From NCBI RefSeq assembly GCF_963921235.1, contig NC_086097.1:96474001-96538000 (forward strand): a stretch of 64,000 nucleotides of DNA. Reading direction: 5' to 3'. Below the pieces are notes generated by a model that saw only the letters and a program-made list of their open reading frames with translations, did not search any database and was not told the DNA's origin. The translations under genes and the position numbers were made by a program. This document shows, piece by piece, positions 50,575-63,200 of this stretch (position 1 is its first letter; every line of letters starts with the position of its first letter). This DNA comes from Mobula hypostoma. Its lineage: Eukaryota.

Positions 50575-53050
50575 ACCCACTAACTCTCTTTAGGCTATCC
50601 TATCTATTGTTTCCTCAAAGATTTCCAATAGATTTGGCAGGTAAGATTTCCCCTTAAGGAAACAATGTTGACCTCTGCTAATTTTATCAAAATGTCACCA
50701 AGTACCTGCAACCTCATATTTAATAATGAAGTCTAACATCTTATCAACCACTGATGTCAGGCTAACTGGCCTATTATTTTGCCTCCCTCCCTTCTTAAAG
50801 AGTGGAGTGGCATTTGCAATTTTCTTGTCCTCCTGAACCAATCCAGAATCTAGTGAGTCTTGAAAGATCATACAATGTCACAGCAGTGTCTTCAGCTATG
50901 TCTTTCAGAATAATGGGCAGTAGTCCATCTGGTCCAGGTGATTTACCTACCTTCAGATATTTCAGCTTCCAAAGTAATCTCAACTACATTCACTTATGCC
51001 CAATACTCAAATTTCTGGCATGTTGCTGATGTCTTCCACAGCGAAGACTGATACAAAATATTTATTCAGTTCATCTGCCATCTTTGTCCTCTATTACTAA
51101 CACATCAGCCATCATTTTCCGATGCCCCTCACACCTTGCCGTTATACATCTGAAAAAACTTTTGGTACCAGCCGTTATTATTATGGTTAGCATACCCTTG
51201 TATTTCATCTTTTCTGTCCATATTACTTTTTTGATACCTTTCACTGGTTTTTAAAAGCTTCCCAATCTTCTAGCTTTCCACTACCTTTTTCTATATTGCA
51301 TGTCCTCTATTTTGCATTTTTGCTGTCTTTGACTTCTTTTGTCAATCATGGTTGCATCAAGCTCCCTTTAGAATGCTTCCTCTTCTTTGGGATGAACCAA
51401 TCCTGTGTCTTCTGAACTACTCCCAGAAACTCCAGCCATTGCTGCTCTACCATCATCCCTGCTAGTATCCATTTACAATCAACTTTGGTCAGCTCCTTTC
51501 TCATGCCTCTGTAGTTAACTTTACTCAACTGTAATACTGATATATCCTATTTTAGCTTTACCCTCTTAAACTACACATTATGATCGCTGCCTCCTAAGGG
51601 TTCTTTTATTTTATGTTCTCTAATTACATCTGGTTCATTACACAGCACTCAATCCAGAATCGCCTTTTCCTTAGTAGACTCGACCACAAGCATCTCTAAA
51701 AAGGTCTCTCAAATTCCTTCTCCTGAGGTTCAGCAGTAATCTGAATTTCCCAATCTAGCTGCATATTGAAATCCCCCATTACCATCATAATATTGCCCAT
51801 TTTACATGCCTTTTCTATTTCCTGTTGTAATTTGTATCCCACATTCTGGCTACTGTTCAAGGGTCTGTATATGACCCCAAACAGGGTGTTTTTTTTTAAA
51901 CCCCTTGCAGTTTCTTAATTCTACCCACAAGGAATCTACATCTTCTGATCTTATGTCACTTCTTTCTTGGGATCCGATTTCCTATTTTTTTTTAAATCAA
52001 TAAAGCCACTCCCACCCTCTCTGCCCACCAGTGTGTCTTTTTGATACAAGTATGTCCTTGGATATTAAGCTCCCAGCTGTGATCTTCTTTCAATCATGAC
52101 TCTCTCTCATGCACTCCCCTTCCATTTTACTTTTTCCATACTTTTCCCAAGCCGTTGAACCCCACCCTACTACTATTTAGGTTGGGTTAAAGCCATAGTT
52201 ACGTGATTCACCAGGACCCTGGTCCCAGCATGGCTCAGATGGAGCTAGTCCCATAGCAACAGTTCCCTCCTTCCCTTGTAGTATCGATAGTCCAGAAATT
52301 TGAACCCACTTCTCCCACACGAATCACTGAGCCACGCGTTTAGCTCTCTGATCTTATTAACCTTGCCAATTTGCTACAACTCAGGTAAAAAACTATAAAT
52401 AATCATATTTGTGATTCTGCATTTTAATTTAGTCTCTAGCTGCTCAAATTCATTCAACAGAACCTCTTTCCTATTGGACAGGCTCAAGACTGAGGCTCTT
52501 CCAGCACTATCTCTTGAATCCCTCTGCTTGCCTCATTCATAGTCACACCCTTTTGTCCCCGGCCACAGACTGCATTTGAAGTTATAATCTAATGGGTTAG
52601 GTGCCTTGCCCTGATGCAACACAGTGTTTGAAGCTCAGATGTCAGGGCATCATCTAAGAGCCTGCATTCCTTGAATAATCAACACTTGGTCAGCAGAAAC
52701 CGCAATAAGGTCCACCAGCTCTCACATCATGCGCCTATAACACATCACCTGATCATGCATTCCTACTTTATTTAATTAGCTGTAATTTGGTACTTGTTTA
52801 GTCAACTATGATAAAATATAACTATTCTTACCAGCTACACACCTATGACTCCTTGCTGAAGCATCTTGAGCCAAAGCTTCAGACGTTAGACTCCAACACT
52901 GTCCGACTCACACAATGGCTGATGCAACGTGGCACCTGGGACCGTGGCCTCCACCGCTTCTCATCGAAGCCACTTGAGCCAAAGCCTTGGTCCCCCACTC
53001 TAAAGTAGGAATGCATGATCTGACAACGGCTGATCCCACAATGGGCACTC
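50575..53050 (-). mobile_element. Degenerate CR1 LINE (5' UTR, ORF1 and APE part)
   Basis: GKSPGPDGLLP, NYRGMRKELTKVD, and the aggctttggctcaag 5' UTR motif shared with the CR1 at 20530. Confidence 0.75.
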
Positions 53051-53230
53051 TGTGTAAACTTCACTTTTTATTGGCCCAAATGATGTTCACATGCAAGGTG
53101 ACTTGCTATTTTCAGTATATATAGCTCCTACAACCATATTATAGTGTTACATACCTCAAGGAGATCTTGTGATTTTTTTTGAGACAATGATGTAATGGTC
53201 TTTTGGAGGTCGCCTGATGTAGTTTTCCCA

Positions 53231-55631
53231 GGATATAAATTTCAAACTAAAATTAAACATTTCAAGCACCTTAAATAAATAAGGCCATTCTACTCTATCA
53301 AAAGCTTTCTCGGCATCTAAAGAAATAACACACTCAGGAACATTTTGTGAGGGAGTATAAACGATATAATATAACAGTATAAACTGTTATATTACTCCCC
53401 TGTAGCCTCGGTTCGTACTAACTCCTTAAACTCACCTTTTTTTCCTCTCTTTCGTGGTACTCGACAAGGCTGTCCTCTTAGTCCCCTATTATTTGATATT
53501 GCATTAGAACCTCTTGCAATTGCTATTCGAGAATCTTTAAATATTACTGGGATAACTCGGGGATTAAAGTCCCATAAATTATCACTCTATGCTGATGATT
53601 TACTTTTATATATTTCTAATCCTGAGAGATCCATTCCTGCTGTTTTAGAGTTATTAGCACAATTTGGTCTTTTCTCAGGTTATAAATTAAATCTTAGTAA
53701 GAGTGAACTTTTTCCGATTAATAAACATCTTCCCTTATATTATAAATTTCCATTTAAATTGATTAATAATTACTTTTCATATCTTGGGATTAAAATTACT
53801 TGTAAACATAAAGATTTATTTAAGACTAACTTTTTACCATTAATAGACCATATTACTCAACTTTCATCTAAATGGTTTCCCTTATATTTAACTTTGATTG
53901 GTCGTATTAATGCAGTTAAGATGTTTTTTTTGCCAAAATTTTTATATGTGTTTCAGGCATTACCAATTTTCGTTCCTAAATCTTTTTTTGATAAAGTTGA
54001 CTCTAAAATTTCTTCATTTATTTGGCAGAACAAGAATCCGAGACTGGGTAAAATACATTTACAGAAAGCTAAGAGAGATGGAGGTTTAGCATTACCTAAC
54101 TTTAGATTTTATTATTGGGCTATTAATATTCGACATATGAAATTTTGGTTACTTGATCGGGACATACTATTTATTCCTAAATGGGTAGCATTGGAATTAC
54201 AATCTGTTCAGGGTTATACACTTGGTTCTATTTTAGGCTCCTCTCTTCCTTTTGATTCGAAACGTCTTAAGCAGGTCTCTAACCCGATAGTTAAATATGC
54301 TTTGCGCATTTGGTTTCAATTCAGAAAATTTTTTGATCTTAATCAATTCGGGTTAGCGATTCCTATTTTAGGTAACATATTTTTTCCTCCCTCTTTTACG
54401 GATCGCGCTTTTCAAACTTGGAAGACTAAGGGTATTTTACGGTTTTTGGATTTATTTTTAGATGGTTCCCTTATGTCTTTTGAACAATTATCTAACAAAT
54501 ATAACTTATCAAGAATACATTTTTTTAGATATTTACAAGTTAGAAATTTCCTAAGTACTATACTTACTTCCTTTCCAATGCTTCCTCCTATATATATTTT
54601 AGATTCGATAATTAACCTTAATCCATGTCAGAAAGGTGCATCGGCTATGATTTATAATATTATTATGAAACTTAGGAAAGCTCCATTTGATAAGATTAGG
54701 GTAGATTGGGAACAGGAATTGGGGCTTACCATTTCTGTGGATGATTGGGGGCAGATTTTACAATTAGTTAATACTTCCTCTATTTGTGCTAAACATTCCC
54801 TAATTCAATTTAAAGTGGTTCATAGAGCACATATGTCCAAAGATAAGTTAGCGCGTTTTTACTCGCATATTAATCCTTTCTGTGATAGATGTTCGGGGCA
54901 GATAGCCTCTTTAACTCATATGTTTTGGTCTTGCCCTACTTTGGAAACTTTTTGGAGAGATATTTTCAATATTATTTCTAAGGTATTAAATATAGATATC
55001 TCTCCTCACCCTATTACTGCTATCTTTGGACTACCTAAAATTTCTAGTAATCTTTCCCCTTCAGCCCGTAGAATGATTGCATTTCTTACTTTAATGGCGA
55101 AAAGATGTATTTTACAACATTGGAAAGAGCTTAATGCTCCAACTACCTTTTTTTGGTTTTCTCAGACGATTTTATGTTTGAATCTGGAGAAAATTAGAAG
55201 TAACCTTTATGATTCTTCATTTAAATTTGAACAGATTTGGGGACCTTTTATTCGATATTTTCATTTAATGTAATATTTACCCTTCTTGTTTTCTCTTCAC
55301 TGTTTTAATGGAGGTCGGGATTGAGGACGTGATTTTAAGTTTAACTCTGTTTGGTTTCAAGTTAGCCCATTGCTTTGCTTTGCTTTTAGTTAGTTGCACG
55401 GTGGGTTTTTTTTTGGGGTTTTTTTTTTCTTTTTTTCCATTGATATATATAAAATCTAGTATACTATTATGTTATCTTGGTTTCTTATGCTTAAATTACA
55501 TTGTTTGTAGTATTTTCTTTTTGGTATTGTTATCTTTTGGAATTTTATTATACTTTAACATTGTATTAATGTTTATATGGCTTACCTTTTTTGTATACTT
55601 ACTCAATAAAAAGATTTAAAAAGAAAGAAAA
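53231..55631 (+). mobile_element. Young L1-clade LINE, 5'-truncated and 5'-inverted, with 15-bp TSD
   Basis: Open frame 53381-55273 (RGTRQGCPLSP, YADD, YLGI, CDRC..H..W.C); inverted 53231-53366 encodes SLDAEKAFDRVEW; TSD GATGTAGTTTTCCCA (53216-53230 / 55632-55646); AATAAA + A-rich tail. Confidence 0.95.
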
Positions 55632-56726
55632 GATGTAGTTTTCCCACTGATGTGAGGTCACGTGATGACATGTTCACCCTCAACCCTATTCTCCTGCCTT
55701 TTCCCCCATAAGCTTTGACATCCTGCCTAATCAAGAACTTATCACCCTCTGCTTTAAATATACGCAATGACTTGGCCTCCACAGTTATCCGTGGCAATAA
55801 TTTCCACAGATTCACTACCCTCTAGCTAAAGAAATTCATCCTCATCTCTGTTCTAGATTGACGTCCCTCTATTCTGAGGTGGTACTCTGGTCCTACACCC
55901 ACACACTATACGAAACATCTTCTCCACATCCACTTTATCTAGGCCTTTCAATATTTGATAGGTTTTTAATGAAATCTCCCTTCATTCTTCTAAACTCCAG
56001 TGAATACAGCCCTGGAGCCATCAAATGCTCCTCATACATTAACCCTTTAAATTTTCGGAATCATTCTTGTGAACCTCCTCTGGACCCTCTCCAAGGCCAG
56101 GACATCTTCTCTTAGATAGGAGGCCCAAAACAGTCCACAATACTCCAAGTGTGTTCTGACCAATGCCTTATAAAACCTCAGCATCATATCCTTGCTCTTA
56201 CATTTTTGTCCTCTTGAAATAAATGCAAACATTGTATTTGTCTTTCTTACCACCAACTCAACCTGCAAATTAAACTTTAGGGAATACGCCACAAGGACTC
56301 TCAAGTCACTTTGCACCTCTAATTTTTGAATTTCCTCCCCATTTAGAAAATAATCTACATCTTTTTTCCTTCTACTGAAGTGCATGATCACACACTTCCT
56401 TATACTATACTCCATCTGCCACTTTACCCATTCTCCCAATCCATCCAAGACATTCAGCAGACCTCCTGCCTCCTCACACTGCCTGTCCCTTCACCTATCT
56501 TTATATCATCTGCGAACCTGGAGTCAGCCATCAATTCCATCATCTAAATCATTGATATATAGCATGGAAAAAAAAAAGAGTGGTCCAAATACCAACCGTT
56601 CGAGAACACCACTAGTCACCGGCAGCCAACTAGAACAGGACCCCCTTATTCACAGTACTTGTCTTCTGGGGGTGTATGGGGTGTCAGAGAGGGGTAGCAC
56701 CTCTGGTGGAGGTACATGTCACGTCC

Positions 56727-59700
56727 TTTTCTTTTTCCAATATTTTTATTAATTTACATACAAGAATACAGGAAAAAAGTAGACATCAATACATTATACT
56801 AAATCGCATATAAAGACTCCTTACCTTATATTCATACAAGTTAATCAATTTGTAACATTGAAATATAGTAATTTTATTATATAAAAAAAATCTAACCCAC
56901 TACCAAGACCGAAGCTGATTAGTAAAGGAAAAAAAGGGAAAAAAATTATTAGTCATCATCTGTGCTTTAACAGCAAATCAAAGGTTTTGAAAATAATTCA
57001 GAAAAGGTCCCCACAATGTTTGAAAGTCTTGACTAGATTCAGAGATTGAACATCGAATCTTCTCTAAATTTAAACATGACATCACATCACGTAACCATTG
57101 GGCGTAAATATGAGGGGCCGCATCATTCCATTTAAGCAAAAGCGTCCTTCTGGACATAAAAGACATAAAAGCCAAAATGAGCAAGTCAGATGACTCCAAA
57201 ATAATATACTTTCCTCCAACAATACCAAATAAAGTGGTCAAAGGATTAGGCTTAAAGTTTACTTTAAAAAGTATCGAGAAAATTTGAGATACTTCTTCCC
57301 AAAATTTTCCAAGACTCAGGCATGTCCAAAACATATGAATGAATGAAGCTTCTCCATTATTACATTTATCACAATACGGAGGTATATCGAAATAAAAATG
57401 AGACAACTTATCCTTAGTCATATGGGTCCTATGGACCACTTTAAATTGTCGGAGAGTGGCGAGCACATAACGATGAAGTGTTAACCAATTTAAAAATTTG
57501 ATTCCAAGTTTCCTCAGAAATTGAAGTAAATCTTGTTCCCAAAGATTTTTAATTTTATCTAAAGGAACACTTCTCAATCCCAGCAGCATATTATAAATAT
57601 TAGAAATAGATCCATTATAAAAAGGTTTCAAATTAAAGATTACATCTAGTAGATTCTTATCAGGACTTTTAGGAAATGTACTTATTTGAAACCGTAAAAA
57701 ATCTCTTATTTGTAGGTACAGGTGTCCCCTGTCTTTCAAACGTTCGCTTTACGAAACCTCACTGTTATGAAAGACCTACATTAGTTACCTGCTTTCGTTA
57801 ACAGAAGGTGTTTTCACTGTTACGAAAAAAGGCAGCGCGCAGTAAAAAGCAGCGCGCGCCCCGAGTAGCCGCTCCTCCCCCAGATTCGGAACTGCATTCT
57901 TGCCGGCACTGCTTAAACACGTGCCTGTGAGCAGCCGTTAGCAAGATGAGTTCTAAGGTATCGGAAAAGCCTTAAGGAGCTCGTAAGGGTGTTACACTTA
58001 GCGTAAAACTAGACATAATTAAGTGTTTCGATCGTGGTGAACGAAATAAGGACAAAGTGAGTTTGGCTTGGGGAAGTTGACGAAGATGATGTTGAAGAGG
58101 TTTTGGCATCCCATGACCAAGAACTGATAGATGAAGAGCTGATGCAATTGGAAGAGGAAAAGATAACAATCGAAACCGAATACAGTAGCAAATGGACCGA
58201 AAGTGGAGTTGTCCAGGAACTGAACGTGAAGCAACTGCGTGAAATTTTCACTGCAATGATAAAGTACAACTTTAATTTTGAAAGGGTACGTCAGTTTAGG
58301 GCATATTTGCAGGATGGTTTGAGTGCTTACAAAGAACTGTATGATCTAAAAGTGCGTGAGGCTAAGCAGTCAAGCAAGCCTTCCACATCAGCCACAGCAG
58401 ACGATGAACCTCGACCTTCGACATCGAGGCAGGCAGACATAGAAGAAGATGACCTGCCTGCCCTGATGGAAACAGATGACACCCCAGTGTCCCACCACCC
58501 CAACCCCCGGGCCGCGGACAGATACCGATCCACGGAGAATGCAGCGGTAGCCGGGAGGCACCCAGAACATTTTTAAGAAAAAAGCCGAAATAAACAAGCT
58601 AATTAATTAGGTTTATTTTGGCTTTTTTCTTAAAGATGTGCTGGGTGCGTCCCGGCTACCGCTGTACCCCTGCATGCTTCGCGGATCGGTATCAGTTCGC
58701 TGCCCGGACGGTGGGTACCACTGCACTACCCCAACCTCCGACGAATCAGCCTAACACACCATCATCAGTGTGCTTAGCGCTGTCTGCCCGATTTCCATCA
58801 GTGACACTACACCGTACATACATTATTTCTACTTTACATAGGCTGTGTATTTTTATGTGTTATTTGGTATGATTTGGCAGCTTCATAGCTGAAAGGTTAC
58901 TGGAGAGCGCTTGCGCCATGTTTCTGCCGAGAGCGTTTGCATGAGATTTTCACTATGGAGAACAGTGTGGCAATGATTGTGGAAAAGTATTTCTACTTTA
59001 TATAGGCTGTGTATTCATCATATCATTCCTGCTTTTACAATAGGTTACTGTTATTTTAGGTTTTATGTGTTATTTGGCATGATTTGGTAGGTTATTTTTG
59101 GGTCTGCGAACGCTCACAAATTTTCCCCATATAAATTATTGGTAATTGCTTCTTCGCTTTATGACATTCCGGCTTACAAACCGTTTTATAAGAATGCTCT
59201 ACCTTCGGATGGTGGGGGAAACCTGTATCAAAAAAAATGAGTTTTGGGTAAACTATATTTAGTTGACAGTTGTTCAAATGAAAAAAGACTTCCCTCTACA
59301 AACAAGTCCTGAAAGCATTTGATACCTAATCTATCCCATTCTTTAAAAGCCACATCAATCATAGAGGGTTTCAAAAAAAAAATTAGACAAAATGGGACTT
59401 GAAGGAGACAATCTCAATAAGCCAAAGTATTTTTGGAATTGTATCCAAATTTTCATAGTGTGTTTAACTACCAGATTATCAGTTAACTTACTCAGAGACA
59501 AAGGGAGTGAGGATCCAAGAAGAAAAATAATAGGGAACTTATTAACAGAGTCAGCTTCTAAAAAAAACCCACATCGAGCAATCCTCATGATTTATGTAAT
59601 ATAACCAGAATGTAAGATTTCTTATATTAACTGCCCAATAATAAAATCTAAAGTTTGGTAAGGCTAATCCTCCATTCTTTTTATCTTTCTGAAGATGAAT

Positions 59701-60243
59701 TTTGTTTAATCTAAAATGCTTATTCTTCCAGATATAAGAAGATATAATACAGTCAAGGGAATCAAAAAAGGACTTAGGAATAAAAACCGGCAATGCCTGA
59801 AAAAGATATATAAATTTAGGTAATATATTCATTTTGATAGAGTTGATTTGACCAATCAGAGATAACGAAAGAGGCGACCAATTTGATAGTATCCTTTTTC
59901 TGTGATTCAATAGAGTAAGAAAATTTTCTTTAAATAGACACTTATAGTTTTTAGTGATTGTTACACCTAAGTAGGTAAATTGATTTCTTATAATTTTAAA
60001 AGGAAGGTTAGAACTTGTTGGTATCAAATTGTTCAGGGGAAAAAGTTCACTTTTATATAGGTTTAATTTATAACCTGAGAACTGGAGAGTAAAGAAAGCA
60101 CATGGGGTAATGAAGTCTCAACATTAGAAATAAATAGCATCAAATCATCAGCATACAGCGAGACTTTATGAATAGTGTCTCTCCTTAAAATACCGGTGAT
60201 ATCATTAGATTCTCCAAAGGCAATGGCTAAGGGTTTTAAGGCT
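56727..60243 (-). mobile_element. 5'-truncated L1-clade LINE, interrupted by Tigger
   Basis: LYADD, YLGVTIT, NGGLALPNFRFYYWA, CDKC..HMFWTC; AATAAA and A-rich tail at ~56727-56751. Confidence 0.9.
57719..59225 (+). mobile_element. pogo/Tigger-like internally deleted DNA transposon
   Basis: TA|CAGGTGTCCCC ... GGGGAAACCTG|TA; HTH start RKGVTLSVKLDIIK..DRGE joined directly to C-terminal DVEEVLASHDQEL.DEEL..LEEE, so the DDE domain is deleted. Confidence 0.9.
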
Positions 60244-63200
60244 TAGTATGAGGAAGGGGCTAGAAAAGGTGCCCTAAACATTGCCTGCTTCATTACACCC
60301 TGGCCAGTTTACCACGTCTGGTGGGGATCCTATCTTGGCGGTCAAACACAACAATACGCAAGGTGACACCGCTCACCATTGGTACTTGGAACGTGCGCAC
60401 ACTATAGGACAACCCTACAACAAACAGACCAGAAAGATGAACAGCTTTAGTTGCCGGAAAGCTTGCAAGATATAACATTGACATTGCAGCCCTGAGTGAG
60501 ACTCGCCTTGCCAACATAGGTCAGCTGACTGAAACTGGAGGTGGATACACTTTTTTCTGAAGTGGTCGTGGCAGCAATGAGCGTCGTGATGCTGGAGTTG
60601 GATTCGCCGTCAGGAGTCACCTTGTTCGGAAACTTGCCAGTCTCCCCAAGGGTGTGAACGATGGGCTCATGACACTACAGCTTCCGCTACAGAATAGAAG
60701 TCAAGCCACCCTGATCAGCGCCTATGCCCCCACGATGACCAACCCGGACGAGACAAAAGACAGGTTCTATGAAGAACTAGACGCCCTACTATTAGTAGTG
60801 AGCAGCACTGACAAGCTGATCTTGCTCGGCGACTTCAATGCAAGAGTAGGGTGCGATTCTGCAGCCTGGCAGGGAGTCGTTGGGAGTCATGGAGTGGGCA
60901 AATGTAACAGTAACGGCCTACTCTTACTAAAGACCTGTGCAGCACACGACCTGCTCATCACCAACACAACTTTCCGCTTGCCTACCCGTAAGAAGACCTC
61001 CTGGATGCACCCCCGCTCTAAGAACTGGCATCTTATCAACTATGTCATTGTCAGGAGAAAAGACAGGCAGGATGTCAGAGTGACCAAGGCCATGTGTGGC
61101 GCTGACTGCTGGACGGATCACAGGCTCGCTGTCTCCAAAATGAAGCTCCGCATCAAACCCAAGAGGCGACCACAAGGAAGCAAGGCAATGAAAAGGATTA
61201 ATGTGGCCAGGCTGAAGAACCCCAGCATTGCTTCAGCACTGGTTGAAGATTTAGAAACCAAGCTTTCTGACCCACACCTTGCAGGCAGCGCTGTGGACGA
61301 CTGGGATCGCTTCAGGGATGCTGTCCATTCATCTGCACTAAAGATGCTAGGGCTCTCTACCCACAAGCAGCATAACTAGTTCGATGAGAATGATGAGGAG
61401 GTACAGGGTCTACTTGTTGAAAAGCACCGCCTTCATCATGCCCATCAGTCTGCCGACCTCAGTCTCTCGGGAGCTCCCCCCTCCTGAGTATAGATGGTAC
61501 AACTCTCATTGCAGAGAAGGTTCAGATCCTGCAGAGGTGGGCTGAACATTTTGAAGCCCTTGTCAACCAACCATCATCTATTGACGATGAGGCGATAGAC
61601 AGGATTCCCCAGGTCGATATCAACAGCGCCATGGATGACCCACCGGTAGTAGCTGAAGTCACGAAAGCTGTCAGCCAGCTATCCAGCGGCAAAGCCCCAG
61701 AGGCAGACGCCATACCTGCAGAGATCTGCAAAGCCGGTGGTCCTGTACTTATACAGAAGCTCACCGATTTCTTCCAGTCTTTTTGGAAGCAAGGATCCAT
61801 TCCTCAGGAACTTAAAGATGCATCCATCGTACACCTCTACAAGAGGAAGGGCAATCGACCAGTATGCGACAACCACCGAGGAATCTCGCTGCTCTCCATC
61901 GCAGGAAAATCCCTTGCAAGAGTCCTGCTAAATCATCTGGTCACTCATCTGGATCTGGGCCTGCTGTCAGAGTCACAGTGTGGCTTTCACAAAGGCCTAT
62001 TGGCATGATTTTTGCCACGCACCAACTTCAGGAGAAGTGTCAGGAGCAGAATTGCGAACTCTACACAACTTTTGTTGACCTCACGAAAGCCTTCGACACT
62101 GTCTGCCAACAAGGCCTGTGAAGGATCATGTCAAAGTTCGGCTGCCCCGCCAAATTCATTCAGATGGTATGCCAGTTCCATGATGGCATGATGGCCAGAG
62201 TGCTGGACGGCGGAGAATCCTCTAGGGCGTTCCTAGTCACCAATGGTGTCAAGCAGGGCTGTGTGCTCACACCCTCACTGTTCAGCATGATGTTTTCTGC
62301 CATGCTGAATGATGTCTTCCAGGACAGTGATGCTGGAATCAGCCTCAAGTACAGAGTGGATGGGCTCTTCAACCTGAGGAGACTTCAAGCTATTACCAAA
62401 GTGAAGGAGACTGTTCTCAGAGACTTCCTCTTTGCCGATGACTGCGCCCTGTATGCTGGCTCGGAGCCAGAGATGCAATATGGACAAATTCTCCATGGCT
62501 TGTGACAACTTTGGACTTACCATCAACATCAAAAAGACTGAAGTCATGCACCAGCCTGCCGCTCATGCACCGTACACAGAACCAAAAATCACAATCAAAG
62601 GACAAAAACTACAGGCAATTGACCAGTTTACTTACCTTGGCAGCACCCTCTCCCGAGCAGTGACTATTGATACAGAAGTTAATTGCAGAATAGCAAAAGC
62701 AAGTTCTGCTTTCGGTTGACTGCGCTCCACTGTATGGGAATGCCAAGGAATCAGTCCAGCAGCAAAACCGAAGGTCTACAGAGCCATGGTACTCACTACC
62801 CTCCTGTATGCCTGTGAAACGCGGACTGTGTATTGAAGGCATGCAGGACAGCTCAACCATTTCCACATGACGACTTCGCAGAATATTAGGCTTCAGATGG
62901 CAAGATAAAGTACCAGACACTGAGGTTCTCTCTAGAGCAAGTCTACAATCAGTCCACACATTGCTGATGAGAGCACAGACCGGGTGGGCAGGTCATGTCA
63001 TCCGCATGCCAGACGAGCGCATATCCAAGCAGCTCCTTTTTGGGGAACTCTCTGCTGGAAGACGCTCGCATGGAGGGCAGAAGAAACGTTACAAAGACAC
63101 ACTAAAGGCCTCTCTGAAGTCGCTTTACATAGACACGACCACCTGGGAAACGCTGGCACAAAACCGCCCTACCTGGCGCAGCCTTATCCACAAGGGCTGT

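Noticed and set aside
53759..55273. 504-aa ORF as a host gene
   Set aside because: It is the C-terminal part of L1 ORF2 inside a TSD-bounded insertion.
58103..58576. Domesticated Tigger (TIGD-like) gene
   Set aside because: DDE domain deleted, stop in the N-terminal part, TIRs and TA duplication retained.
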